A DNA stretch of 64,000 bases from Alphaproteobacteria bacterium (GTDB taxonomy: Bacteria > Pseudomonadota > Alphaproteobacteria > UBA828): the NCBI GenBank assembly GCA_963422645.2, contig CAXXVO010000012.1:128001-192000 (forward strand), given 5' to 3'. Below are positions 50,376 through 61,013 of this stretch, piece by piece. The first letter of the stretch is position 1; each line of letters opens with the position of its first letter. The position numbers were made by a program, and so were the translations under genes. Below the pieces are notes generated by a model, which was not told the DNA's origin, did no database searches, and saw only the letters and a list, made by a program, of their open reading frames with translations.

Positions 50376-51884
50376 CTAGCGCCAGATCGGCTTGCCCGAG
50401 CCCGGCAGGCCGTAAGAGTCCCACTTGCCCGTCACCCGCTCCACGATCTCGTCCGCCATCTGGATGCGCGTGCCCCAGGCCCGGCTGGTCTCGGGCCCGA
50501 ATTTGGTCGTCGCATCGAGGCCAATCTTGGCGCCGAGCCCCGGCTCCGGGCTCGCGAAGTCGAGATAGTCGATCGGCGTGTTCTCGACGATGGTGATGTC
50601 GCGCGCCGGGTCCATGCGGGTGGAGACCGCCCACATCACGTCCTTCCAGTCGCGCGCGTCGATGTCGTCGTCCACCACGATCACCCATTTCGTATACATG
50701 AACTGCCGCAGATAGGACCAGACGGCCATCATCACCCGCTTGGCGTGGCCCGCGTACGCCTTCTTGATGGAGACCACGGCGATCCGGTAGCTACAGCCCT
50801 CCGGCGGCAGCCAGAAGTCCACGATCTCCGGGAACTGCTGGACCAGCAGCGGGATGAAGACCTCGTTCAGCGCCTCGCCCAGGATGCTCGGCTCGTCCGG
50901 CGGGCGCCCGGTATAGGTCGAGAGATAGATCGGGTCGCGCCGCATGGTGATGGCGGAAACCGTGAACACGGGGAAGGGCTCGACCGCGTTGTAGTAGCCG
51001 GTATGATCGCCGTAAGGCCCTTCGTCCTCATAGTCGTCGAGGCTGACATGCCCCTCGATGACGATCTCGGCTTCGGCCGGCACCTCGAGCGGCACCGTCT
51101 TGGCCCGCACGAGCTCGACCTTCTGGCCGCGCAGGAGGCCCGCGAACTGATACTCCGAAAGCGTATCCGGCACCGGCGTCACCGCCGCGAGGATCGTGCC
51201 GGGATCGGCGCCGATCACCGCCGCAGCCGGCAGCGGCTCGTGCTTCTCCGCCGCCCAGCGCCGATGCTGCTGGGCGCCACCCCGGTGCGCGAGCCAGCGC
51301 ATCAGCGTCGTGTCGCGGCCCGTCACCTGCATCCGGTAGATGCCGAGGTTGTAGTTATCAATGCGGGACCGGCTCGGCCCCCTGGTCACCACCAGCGGCC
51401 AGGTGATCAGCGGCGCCGGCTCCCCCGGCCAGCAGGTCTGGATCGGGAGGCGGGCGAGATCGATGTCGTCGCCCGTGAGCACCACCTCCTGCACCGGCCC
51501 GTCGCCGAAGGTACGCGGCTTCATCGCCCGCACAGTGTTGAGCAGCGGCAGCATCTCGACAGCCTCGCGCCAGCCGCTGGGCGGCTCCGGCTGGCGCAGG
51601 AAGGCCAACGTCTCGCCCACCTCACGCAGCCCGCCGGGCTCCCGGTTCATGCCCCAGGCGACGCGCTCCACGGTGCCGAAGAGGTTGACCAGCACCGGCA
51701 TGTCGTAGCGCCTGCCGTCATCGCCGACGACGTTCTCGAAGAGCACCGCCGGCCCCTCTTCCGCGATCAGGCGGGTCTGGATCTCGGTCATCTCCAGATG
51801 GGGCGAGACCGGCGCCGAGACCCGGCTCAGGCGGCCCGCGCTCTCCAGGCGGGCGATGAATTCGCGCAGCGATCGATAGGCCAT
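50376..51884 (-). CDS. ubiD: UbiD-family prFMN-dependent decarboxylase
   Basis: [30 protein letters not shown]. Confidence 0.93.
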   Translation of the reverse strand: MAYRSLREFIARLESAGRLSRVSAPVSPHLEMTEIQTRLIAEEGPAVLFENVVGDDGRRYDMPVLVNLFGTVERVAWGMNREPGGLREVGETLAFLRQPEPPSGWREAVEMLPLLNTVRAMKPRTFGDGPVQEVVLTGDDIDLARLPIQTCWPGEPAPLITWPLVVTRGPSRSRIDNYNLGIYRMQVTGRDTTLMRWLAHRGGAQQHRRWAAEKHEPLPAAAVIGADPGTILAAVTPVPDTLSEYQFAGLLRGQKVELVRAKTVPLEVPAEAEIVIEGHVSLDDYEDEGPYGDHTGYYNAVEPFPVFTVSAITMRRDPIYLSTYTGRPPDEPSILGEALNEVFIPLLVQQFPEIVDFWLPPEGCSYRIAVVSIKKAYAGHAKRVMMAVWSYLRQFMYTKWVIVVDDDIDARDWKDVMWAVSTRMDPARDITIVENTPIDYLDFASPEPGLGAKIGLDATTKFGPETSRAWGTRIQMADEIVERVTGKWDSYGLPGSGKPIWR

Positions 51885-52014
51885 GGGCACCTCGGCGGGA
51901 GGGCCACATTCATGGGCAGACGCCGGCGCCCGTCAAGCCCGCGCAACGCCGCTCCGCTCGCGTCGCCGCCGATCCGCCGGTCCCCCGCAACGCCCGAAGC
52001 GAAAGCAAAAATTG

Positions 52015-52042
52015 GTGAGATTAAGTGAGATTCGGTGAGATT
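52015..52042 (+). repeat. Three GTGAGATT direct repeats with 10-bp period
   Basis: Copies start at 52015, 52025 and 52035. Confidence 0.7.
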
Positions 52043-52308
52043 AGAGCGTGTCCGTCTTTGACGGACGCGCGACAGGCCGCGACCGCGGCCCGCCGCTTCA
52101 GCGGCGCCCTCGCGCGCCCGCGCGCGTGGACGCGCGACGCGGAGGCGCCGGCCCGGCGCGCCGGTAGGTGCGCGAGATCGCAGGACGGCCGGCTGCCGTG
52201 AGCGATACAATGCGAGATCGTTTCCGTGTGAAACGGATACGCTCTGAGTCTGCTTTCGGAACGCAGGCAGCCGTCCGGGGCGCCGCCGCCGACCACGAGG
52301 CGACGCGC

Positions 52309-52794
52309 TTATCGGCGGAACTCGCCCTCCACGGCCCGGCGGATGGCGGAGACAGTCTCCGTCGACAGGCCGTCCGTCTGCGCGGCCCCGCCGCCGCGCG
52401 CGGCGGCTTCCGCGAGCGTACGCTCCCGCTCGACTCTGAGCCTGTCGGCGCTTTCGATGCGGCTGAGGGCGAGCGCAAGGCGGGCGACCTCCTCAGTCTT
52501 CACCGGCTCCTCACGCTCGCCGAGGCCAGCAACGCAACTCAGCGCCAGCGTCCGCAGGGTCTCGATCGCGAGCAGGTCGGTGCGGCCCGCGGCGCGCTCC
52601 CCGGGCGCGCCCGCCCAACCCGCAGCCGCGCGCTCGGCCTCGTTCTGCCGCCCGATCAGGCCTTTCACCCGCCTCGCGTAATGGTCGATGGCCGCGCGCG
52701 AACCATGTCCGTTGCCGGGAGCGGGCGGTCGTGTCTCGGCCGGCGAGCGCCCGCTCATGCTGCCCGTCGTGCCCTTTGTGCGTTTCTGTGTCAT
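52309..52794 (-). CDS. Orphan DUF3486 (Mu gp27)-like protein, probably degenerate
   Basis: SRAAIDHYAR...LAIETLRTLA...LALALSRIESA...GLSTETVSAIRRAV resembles the gp27 C-terminal pattern. Confidence 0.5.
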   Translation of the reverse strand: MTQKRTKGTTGSMSGRSPAETRPPAPGNGHGSRAAIDHYARRVKGLIGRQNEAERAAAGWAGAPGERAAGRTDLLAIETLRTLALSCVAGLGEREEPVKTEEVARLALALSRIESADRLRVERERTLAEAAARGGGAAQTDGLSTETVSAIRRAVEGEFRR

Positions 52795-53218
52795 GACGCG
52801 ATGCTGACGCACCCGCCATGCGCCGTGCACCGCACCATGGTGCCTGGTGCAACGCTCATCACCATCCTCTGCACTACAAGAATCTCTGATTAATCCCTTT
52901 CCATCAATCAGTTATAAACTTTCCTCTCTCCTCATGCGGATTCGGCCTCAAGTATCAGATACCAAATAGATACCGCTCCATTTCGATCTAATGCGTACTC
53001 TCGTCGCTTCAACGCTCTAAGGATTCGGTCGTGTCGTGGAGGCGGCGGACGTCGACAGCGGTGTACGGCTGGACACATGCCGGATTTCGTTCCGTGGAGA
53101 GGAATACGAGCTTCCGGTCGGCGGTGCGCAGGGGTAGTCTGGCGAGACGGGGGAGCGCCAGATATGTCGGAGCGCGACTACGAGCTGCTGGTCATAGGCT
53201 CCGGACCCGCCGGCCATC

Positions 53219-54330
53219 CAATGGCATTCACTTAGCGGTTTTCGACTGTTCACTTAAGGAGTCGTGTTCTTGCGCTGTCGGTTGCGTGCGTTTCTGTCGT
53301 TCAGGTGTTCAGGCGACGGCCCGCTTTGCGCGTGCCCACTTGCCGCGGGGTTTGCGCGACCTGCGTTCGCAGGACCGGCCGGGGCGCGGGCGCTGACGCG
53401 CCTGGTTGATGCAGGAGAGGACATGGCTGAGGGTTTCGGCGACCATCGCCGTATGGCGCAGCAGCAGCGCTTCGAGGTTGCGCGCGACGGTGGCGAGGCC
53501 GTTGCTGAAGTTGGCTTTCATCGCCGGCTTGCCGTCGGCAGGGCGCTCGGCGTCGAGGCTTGCGTTGCTGCGGTTGGTGAAGAGCCGGGTCATGGCGATG
53601 AGGTTGAAGTGGGCGAAGAGCTCCTGGCGGACGCCGCGCTCGGTCTGGCTGTGGAAGGCCTCGACGGCCATGGCCTGTTTCGAGGTCTTGTAGAGTTCCT
53701 CGATTCCCCAGCGCGCGTGATAGAGCTCGGCCAGTTCCGCGACGCTCCAGGCCTTGGGGTCGAGGAGGGTGGTGGCGAGGATGAAGACCGTGCTGCCGGT
53801 GCGGTAGCGGACCAGTCGCAGGCGCAGCGGGGTGGCGTCGACGTGCGGCGTCTTGCGGCGCAGCTTTCTCAGGGTGTCCTTTCCGGGAGCGACGGTGATC
53901 GGCGCGTCCGTGCGGCCGTCGGCGATGAAGGCGCTCATCGAGGGCGGCGCCTGCCTTCTTCTTGATCCGGAACACGGGGTGCAGGCCGCGGGCGACATGG
54001 GCGTGCAGCATCTCCCAAGAGTAGTAGCCGCGGTCATAGACCACGATGTCGTTGGCCGAGAGCGCCTTGAGGTGGGCGAGGGCGGCCCTTCTTTCGTCGC
54101 CGTGCGCGACCAGGTCGAAGTCCACCGGGATGTTCGCGTGCAGCCGGTAGAGGCAACTCAGCAGGCCCTGCGGGTAGTGGGCCGCCTCGGAGGGCGTGCG
54201 GTAGCCGGCCTTGAGCAGCGGCCGCGGCAGGTTGAGCTTGGAGCCGTCGACCGCGAACACGCGGTGGCCCTTCCAGGCCGGGCCGTCGGCGCGCTTGAGG
54301 ATCTCGGCGTGCAGCGTCTTGATCACCGCG
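53219..54330 (-). pseudogene. IS4-family transposase remnant, frameshifted and 5'-truncated
   Basis: FAVDGS and VYDRGY in one frame, LYHARWGIEELYK in another; CAATGGCATTCACTTAG end-like sequence at 53219. Confidence 0.8.
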
Positions 54331-55648
54331 GGCTCCAGGAACGGAGCTGAGCGTTGCGGGGCAGAGGCTCGGCGGCAGCGAGGCGCCGGAGGAGGCTCGG
54401 GCGAGCGAGGCCGAGGCCGGTCTCGAAGCGCTTGCGGACTGGCTGCGCGGCGAAGACGACGAGGGCCGCACGGGCTTCGAATCGCGACCGGTGACAGGCC
54501 GCGACGTCCTGACCGGGTCTTCGTTCGCGCTCACGGAGGGCTCGACGGAGGCCGGCTTCGGTGCGGTGTGGGGCCGGGGCGCGATCTCGCGCTTCGACGG
54601 GCGTCAGGGCGACCTCACGCTCGACGGCGAAGTGCTGAGCAGCATGCTGGGCGCCGACTGGACGGGCGGGCCAGGGACCGCGGGGTTCATGGTCGCTCAT
54701 TCCCGCGGCGAGGGCAGCTACCACGCGGGGGCGGGCGGGGGCGAGGTCTCCTTGACCTTGACCGGGATCTACCCCTATGGCCGCTATGCGGTGGATGAAG
54801 GCCTGTCCCTATGGGGTGTGCTCGGCCACGGCGCCGGCAAGCTTACTCTCACGCCGGAGGGCAGCACGCCGCTCAAGGCCGATATCGATCTGACGATGGC
54901 GGCAGCAGGCACCAGGGACACGATTCTCGAAGGTGACGACGACGGAGCAACGCTGGCGTTGACGGCCGACGGGCTGGCGGCCTCGAAGGCCAATGTGACA
55001 CGCCTGCGTCTGGGCCTCGAGGGATCGCTGCCGTCAACGCTGGAGGGCGGGGCCCTGCTCACGCCGAGTGCCAAGATCGGGCTGCGCCATGACGGCGGCG
55101 ATGCTGAGACAGGCTTCGGAGCTGACATCGGCGCTGGGCTCTCCTGGACGGATGCGGCACGCGGCCTGAATGCCGAAATCCGTGGTCGTGGATTACTGAC
55201 CCATGAGGACGGGGGCTTCCGGGAGCGCGGCTTCGCCGCCTCGCTTGCCTGGAACCCGACACCGGGCTCCGCACTCGGCCCATCGATCGCCCTGCGCCAG
55301 ACGGCGGGCGCTTCAGCGAGTGGCGGCATGGATGCGCTGCTCTCGCGGGGGACGATGGCGGGCCTCGCCGCCAATGACAACGACAATGACGTGGATGTTG
55401 CACACCGTTTGGAGGTCAAGCTGAGCTATGGACTGCCCGCGTTCGGCAGCCGATTCATCGGCACACCCGAAATGGGGTTCGGGTTCTCGGATACGGGCCG
55501 CGACTACAGTCTGGGCTGGGGCCTCGGTCTTGCGCGGCAAGACCGGACATCCCTCGATCTCTCCCTTGAGGGGACGCGGCGCGAAAGCGCGAACGATGAC
55601 GGCAAGCCGGAGCACGGAATCGGCCTCAGGCTAAAAGCACGTTGGTAA
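54331..55648 (+). pseudogene. Autotransporter beta-barrel domain fragment
   Basis: VWGRGA, GIYPYGRY, RLRLGLEG, GLRHDGGDAETGFG, terminal LKARW; N-terminus missing. Confidence 0.75.
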
Positions 55649-56073
55649 GCGTGGGTTTGCCCTGAGGCGTGGTTGCCAATCCTGGGAGCGATTCAGCCCC
55701 GAGTACTGCGGCCCGCCATCGCTGAGCACTGGATGGTAACGGACCGGCGAACACGACGATCGTGATGGGCATTGAGTAATTGGCTGCGAGTGTTTTCGTC
55801 GCAACGATTGGCGGGTAGCCGAAGCGCCAAGCTGTTGTTCAGCACGGTGGAATGACGCCGATCGGCGCGATAACCTCAGACTTCCTGACCTCTGCTGATT
55901 TTAGGTGACACGAGCCGCGCGGATTCCGAGGCCCCGTCGATGTCGTAGACTATGCGCAGACGGGTGCCGGGGAATGAGCGTGCGCCCAGCATTTGATGGT
56001 GCGGTTTTCGGATTATTTGATGTTCGTGATGCGGCGCTTGGTTGATCTGCGAGAGCGGTGAGTGGCCTGGCTT

Positions 56074-56943
56074 TCATCGAGACCGCAGGAGCATCTCGTT
56101 CCAGTCCTTGGCGTGTCGTGGGCGCAACCTTTTCACCCTTGGATCGTTGAGCACGAGATGCTCGGCGGCAGTGTCGCCGGCGCTGTCTGCGTCGTAGGCA
56201 CAGACGATGCGACGTGGCTTCCACTCCTTGATCCAGGGCGGGACCGAGCTGGCGATGCCGGCGGTTGAGGCGACGACGGCGCCGTTCTCGCGCGTCCCCT
56301 CGACGCGCAGGCTTCGTGCAGAGATGGCGTCGACGGCGCTCTCGGTGAGGATGACGAGGGCGGGCTGGTTTCGGTCGCAGTGGAGCCAGAAGCCGCCACG
56401 CGCCTTGCGCGATCCCGGGGCCATGCCCCTGAAGCGTTTTGTTCCGGGCTGCGGCGCGGTGCCGAGGATCTCGGCGCCGGTCGTGTGCCCGCTGGCGTTT
56501 CGGCAGATGAAGACGGCGTTGATCCTGTCATCGGCGTAGAGGAGGCCTCGGCCGTGGCAGGCTTCGAGCACGTCGGTGCCGATAGCGCGTTGGCGGATGA
56601 GGGCGTCCCGGACCCTGGGCCAGGCGCGGGGACTGGGCCTTGGCAGCCGCAGGCGTCGCGGGGCGGCTGGGATGGTGGTGATCTCCCTCCGCCCCTCATG
56701 GCTTCCGAGGAAGCGGAGGGCTTCCGGGAAGCGGCATCCCGTCGCATGGATGACGAGGTCGATGGCGCCACCCCCTCCCGTGCCGCGCAGGTGATCGAAG
56801 AACTTCTCGCCGTTGATGCTGATGACCGAGCCCCCGCGCTTGAAGCGCGCCCGGTCGGTCGGGTCTCTGCGGTAGCCGAGGGCGGCGGCGACCCGGTCGA
56901 GGGGGATGTTGCGGCAGGTGGCCAGGGGATCGCCGCCGCTCAT
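56074..56943 (-). CDS. DUF3991 + TOPRIM domain primase-like protein
   Basis: GGGGAIDLV, TESAVDAIS, AYDADSAG (DxD), KDWNE. Confidence 0.82.
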   Translation of the reverse strand: MSGGDPLATCRNIPLDRVAAALGYRRDPTDRARFKRGGSVISINGEKFFDHLRGTGGGGAIDLVIHATGCRFPEALRFLGSHEGRREITTIPAAPRRLRLPRPSPRAWPRVRDALIRQRAIGTDVLEACHGRGLLYADDRINAVFICRNASGHTTGAEILGTAPQPGTKRFRGMAPGSRKARGGFWLHCDRNQPALVILTESAVDAISARSLRVEGTRENGAVVASTAGIASSVPPWIKEWKPRRIVCAYDADSAGDTAAEHLVLNDPRVKRLRPRHAKDWNEMLLRSR

Positions 56944-56984
56944 TGCCGGGTCCCGGCGAAGGTCTGCTTGGAAGGGAGGCTGAC

Positions 56985-57045
56985 GGCGTTCCCGTTCCTG
57001 TACCCTTCAACGCTTAAGAGTTCCGGGAACGGGAACGGGAACGCC
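56985..57045. repeat. Origin-like inverted repeat with GGGAAC iterons
   Basis: GGCGTTCCCGTTCC (56985-56998) / GGAACGGGAACGCC (57032-57045); GGGAAC x3 at 57025-57042. Confidence 0.7.
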
Positions 57046-58044
57046 TCATCCCGCACTTCCGTTGATGGCGGCAGGGGATTGCGGCTCCCGGTGCGCCTCG
57101 GCGGCTGCGAGGCGATAGCCACCCCTGGGCGCCCGTTCGATGCGCCCCTCCCTGGTGAGGCTCTCGATGGCGGCAACGACGGTGGCGTTGCGGGCAGCGG
57201 CGCGTGAGCGGATCTGGGCTTTCGAGAGCGGCTTTTCGGCCTGCTCGATCGCCTTGAAGACGCGCTGCTCGACGGTGGCGGGCTCGTGCCTGTCTTCATC
57301 TGCCGCGTCCTGGTGCAGACGGAAGGCCGGCCCATGTCCGCCGTCGACGAGTTCCAGCTCGATGTCGTTGAGGCCCCGGGCGTCGCGCTGCTCGACCGTC
57401 ATGACGATCTTCTTGTCGCGCCGGCGCAGGTACAGATTTGAGTCACCCCAAGCGTGCAGCTCGCTGCTCCCGCGCAGGGCCTGCCCCGGCCGGGTGCCGC
57501 CGCTCTTGCGGGCGTGGTGGACGAGGAGGACGGCGGTTTCGAAGCGGCGCTGCAGTTCGCGCAGGAAGCCGAGGATGGGGGCGATCTCTGCGACGGCGTT
57601 CTCGTCGACGCTGTGCAGGCGGACCAGGGGATCGAGGATCAGGAGGCGCGGTTCGATGCGCTCCACGGTCTCCTGCAGGCGCTGACGGTCGATGCGCTGG
57701 TCGAGACGCAGGGTGGGCACGTCGATGACGGCGATGTCGAGTTCGTCGAAGGGGGTGGCGGCGGCGCGGGCGATCCCCTGCAGACGCTTGCGCACCCTGT
57801 GGCCGGCGTCCTCGGCGGCGAAGAGCAGCACGGTGCCGCTTGCGCTGGGGCGGTAGTGGCGCAGGCATGGGACGCCGGTGGCCACGGCGACGGCGAGATC
57901 GAGCGCGAGCAGGGATTTGCCGCACTTGGGCTCGCCGCCGACGATGCCCACGGCCTGCTCGGCCCACAGCGTGTCCACCATCCACTGTTGCGCCCGGGGG
58001 CGATCCTCGAGCTGCATCGGCGCCCGTGTCGGGAAGCCCTTCAC
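57046..58044 (-). CDS. RecA-fold AAA_25/RepA-type helicase-like ATPase with C-terminal HTH
   Basis: GEPKCGKS Walker A, AAED, LLILDP Walker B, LVHHARK, RGSS; GTGA overlap with the upstream ATPase stop. Confidence 0.82.
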   Translation of the reverse strand: MKGFPTRAPMQLEDRPRAQQWMVDTLWAEQAVGIVGGEPKCGKSLLALDLAVAVATGVPCLRHYRPSASGTVLLFAAEDAGHRVRKRLQGIARAAATPFDELDIAVIDVPTLRLDQRIDRQRLQETVERIEPRLLILDPLVRLHSVDENAVAEIAPILGFLRELQRRFETAVLLVHHARKSGGTRPGQALRGSSELHAWGDSNLYLRRRDKKIVMTVEQRDARGLNDIELELVDGGHGPAFRLHQDAADEDRHEPATVEQRVFKAIEQAEKPLSKAQIRSRAAARNATVVAAIESLTREGRIERAPRGGYRLAAAEAHREPQSPAAINGSAG

Positions 58045-58874
58045 CGCCGTGCCCTCTTCGGCTTGGCGGGCTCGCCCAGGATCTCCATGAAGAGCTTCTC
58101 GTCGAGAACCTCGCGGTTCTTCTCGGCGCCGGCGGCGAGCAGCATGTCGCCCATGACGGTAAGCGCCCTGGGGTTGCCGCCGGCGTGGGTGACCAGGGTG
58201 TCCTTGAGCTCTGCGCTCATGAGGCCCGGATTGCCGGCCTGCTCGACCAGATGGTCGAGCAGGGCCGCGAGGTCGCCGGCGTCTGCCTGGGTCATGACCA
58301 GGCGCTGGCGCAGGCGCGAGGCGATGGGCTGCAAGTCGGGCTGGCGGAGCCTGTCGATCAGGCGGCTGTCGCCGGCGAAGACGACCGAGAGGATGGCGCG
58401 CGAGTCGAAGTCGGTGGACGCCAGCAGGCGGATCTCGGAGATCACCGAGGGCAGCAGCTCCTGGGCCTCGTCGATGAGCACCACGGGCCGCATGCGGGTG
58501 TCGTCGACATGGGTGAGCCATCGCTCGCGCAGGTTTTTGAAGCTGGCCCAGCGGTTGTTGTACATCAGGTCGACGCCGAACATCCCGCCGATCTCGCGGT
58601 AGAAGTCGGACAGCCTGGAAGAGGGGTGGGTGATGGCACAGACCCTGAGCCCGTCCGAGCGGCCGAGGCGGTCGGCGAGCACGCGCAACGCCACGCTCTT
58701 TCCGGTGCCGGGCTCGCCGGCGATCAACGCGAAGCCGCCCTGGCGCACAAGATGATGCTCGATTCTGAGGCAGAAGCTGTCGACGGCGGGGCTCACCATG
58801 AGGCTGTCGACCGGAAGGTCGGTGGCGAAGGGGTTCCATTTGAGCCCGTAGAAGGTGAGCAGCTCGCGGTTCAT
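58041..58874 (-). CDS. ExeA/TniB-like AAA+ ATPase (transposition accessory)
   Basis: FYGLKWNPF, GEPGTGKS, VLIDEAQ, GNPR; ATGA-coupled to the transposase. Confidence 0.85.
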   Translation of the reverse strand: MNRELLTFYGLKWNPFATDLPVDSLMVSPAVDSFCLRIEHHLVRQGGFALIAGEPGTGKSVALRVLADRLGRSDGLRVCAITHPSSRLSDFYREIGGMFGVDLMYNNRWASFKNLRERWLTHVDDTRMRPVVLIDEAQELLPSVISEIRLLASTDFDSRAILSVVFAGDSRLIDRLRQPDLQPIASRLRQRLVMTQADAGDLAALLDHLVEQAGNPGLMSAELKDTLVTHAGGNPRALTVMGDMLLAAGAEKNREVLDEKLFMEILGEPAKPKRARR

Positions 58875-60346
58875 GACGGATCTCCCTGATCGTCGTCCTC
58901 GCCCGGACCGGGCGTCTTGTTATGGGGTACCCAGGCCGGCGGCAGGCCTGTTGCGGCCTGGGCGTCGAGCACGCCCTTGAGCAGCGGCGGAAGTTCGCCG
59001 ACGCCCGCGCTGGCGCCGCCATGGTCGCTGCCGGGTCTCGCAGGACGGCGGACGCCATCGGCGTTGCCGCGCTTGTCGAGGGGGTACAGCGTGCACAGCC
59101 GCTCGCCGCTTCGGCCTTCCACCAGATCGACGCCGCTGAGGTCCCAGCGCGCATAGCGGACCCAGAGCGTCCTCAGGTGGCGCCACGGCTGTGGCACCTG
59201 GTAGCGGATGCCCTCGACCGAGACGGTGCCGTCCGAGCGCCTGAGCGTGCGCTTCCTGGCGATGCGGAAGGCCGCCTTGAGCTCGTCCGAGGCGGGGCAG
59301 GGCCTCGATGCCTTGACGCTCCCGGCGAGGCGTTCATGCGGCGTCATGCCGAGCTCGCGGTGCACCCGCCGATGGTAGTCCTGCTCCAGCCAGGCTATGG
59401 TGGCGTCGTTGAGCATCTTCAGGGTGAGCGCGTCGACGCCTTCGAGCTGAGCCATCAGGCGGCCCTCGACCGTGCCCCAGAACGACTCGATTTTTCCATT
59501 TTGATGGGGGCTGTAAGCGAGTGTCGTGGCCCCCACGATGCCGAGGCGGTGCAAGCCCTCCTCGACCTCGCCCGCCGTCATCGGCCCGCCGTTGTCGGTC
59601 AGCAGGGACCTGGGCAAGTCCCTCTTCATGAAGGCCTGACAGAGCCCGTGGACGAAGACCTCGGCGGTCTCCTCCAGGTACCACTGCAGGTGGCAGCCAA
59701 GCCTGGAGTGGTCGTCGAGGAAGCCGAGCAGGATGGGCGTCTGCCATTCGCCCGACGCCGTCAGCACGCGGCGCTTGCCGTGGTGGAAGTCCCCGTGCCA
59801 CAGCGCGTGACTGCGAGACACCTCGTAGCTAAGGACCTCGCGGGCTTCGACCGCCGGCTTGTCCTCACCCTCGTGCCACTTCCTGGGGCGCTCGCGCACC
59901 AGGCCGCGATTGCGCATCGCCCGCGTCAGCGTCGCGTAGGACGGCATCGGGCCGAGCTCGGGATGGGTCGCAACATGAGCCTTGAGGGTCTCGTAGTGGA
60001 GCTGCGCCGCCCACGAGGGATGGACCCGGTACTGCTCGCGCAGCGCCGCGATCAGCCCCGCCGACATGGACCGCTCGCGGCCGACGTCGGTCCGAGGCTT
60101 CCGGCGCAGCGCCTTGACCGGGTCCTGCTCCTCTGCCCGCGCCCGGTAGTACCAGCGCTCGATCGTCGAGGCCGCAAAGCGCACCGGCCCCTTGCCCGAC
60201 GGGTGCTCCCAGTCGCGCTGCGACAGACGCTCGAACTCGGCCCCCAGCTGGCCTGCAGGCGGCGGTGAAGCCAGAAGCGGCCCCACCACCGCAAAGCGCA
60301 GCCGGGCCCACTTCTCGCGCCTGGCGCCCGCGTCGTCCTTGTCCAT
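58871..60346 (-). CDS. DDE (rve/Mu-like) transposase; start approximate
   Basis: N-terminal HTH, WHGDF (D), LTDNG (D), GKIESF (E), C-terminal DGTVSVEG beta domain. Confidence 0.88.
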   Translation of the reverse strand: MDKDDAGARREKWARLRFAVVGPLLASPPPAGQLGAEFERLSQRDWEHPSGKGPVRFAASTIERWYYRARAEEQDPVKALRRKPRTDVGRERSMSAGLIAALREQYRVHPSWAAQLHYETLKAHVATHPELGPMPSYATLTRAMRNRGLVRERPRKWHEGEDKPAVEAREVLSYEVSRSHALWHGDFHHGKRRVLTASGEWQTPILLGFLDDHSRLGCHLQWYLEETAEVFVHGLCQAFMKRDLPRSLLTDNGGPMTAGEVEEGLHRLGIVGATTLAYSPHQNGKIESFWGTVEGRLMAQLEGVDALTLKMLNDATIAWLEQDYHRRVHRELGMTPHERLAGSVKASRPCPASDELKAAFRIARKRTLRRSDGTVSVEGIRYQVPQPWRHLRTLWVRYARWDLSGVDLVEGRSGERLCTLYPLDKRGNADGVRRPARPGSDHGGASAGVGELPPLLKGVLDAQAATGLPPAWVPHNKTPGPGEDDDQGDPS

Positions 60347-60395
60347 TCCGGCATCCCTCCCTCGCCGCATCGGAGAGATGCCCATGTAGAACGCC

Positions 60396-61013
60396 CTATC
60401 CGGGCGTGACAGGAACACTTTCTGCGGGCGGCGCCGAGCCATCGCCGAGCCCGCAATAGCCCGTCCACGGCTTGAACCAGATCAGGCTCAGGAACAGACG
60501 CTCACCGAAGCGTCCGCCCCGCATCTGCCGCAGCACGAAGAGCAGCGGCACCTCCTCGGGTGGCATCACCAGTTCGCCACGCTTCGCTCCCCAGGGCTCC
60601 GTCGCCGGGAACGCCTCCAGCCACCACTTCCGCCAGCGGCGCAGTGTGGCGACCGAGACCCCCCACTTCCGCTTGATCGTCTGCAACCGCACCCCGCCTC
60701 TCAGAACCAGTGCACTCAACAGAACGAACAGGGCGCCCAGATAAAAGCGGCGCCCGAAGAATCGTACCGATGGTGGGGTCGCTCGCAGGCGGCAATCCGC
60801 GCAGCAGAAGCTGAACCGCCGCGTGCCCTCTTCCCTCAACTCGGCTGCCAGACCGTACGGCTTGCGCGGATACGTCGCGCTGTGCAGCTTGCCGGGGCAG
60901 TGTCGGCAGCCCGCCTCGCGGCAGCGCGCCGCCTCGGCCTCATCGACCTCGCGCAGCCAGGCCCAGACCAGGGCGTTGCAAAGCATGGAGTGGCGGAAAA
61001 TGTTGTGCGACAT
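60396..61013 (-). CDS. Zn-finger + HTH protein upstream of the transposase
   Basis: CRHC and CCADC pairs, SVRFFGRR, TLRRWRKWW. Confidence 0.7.
   Translation of the reverse strand: MSHNIFRHSMLCNALVWAWLREVDEAEAARCREAGCRHCPGKLHSATYPRKPYGLAAELREEGTRRFSFCCADCRLRATPPSVRFFGRRFYLGALFVLLSALVLRGGVRLQTIKRKWGVSVATLRRWRKWWLEAFPATEPWGAKRGELVMPPEEVPLLFVLRQMRGGRFGERLFLSLIWFKPWTGYCGLGDGSAPPAESVPVTPG

Noticed and set aside
57046-59154. 702-aa ORF as a single protein
   Set aside because: Only the last 332 codons (from GTG 58044) carry motifs; the upstream part overlaps the ATPase and transposase in another frame
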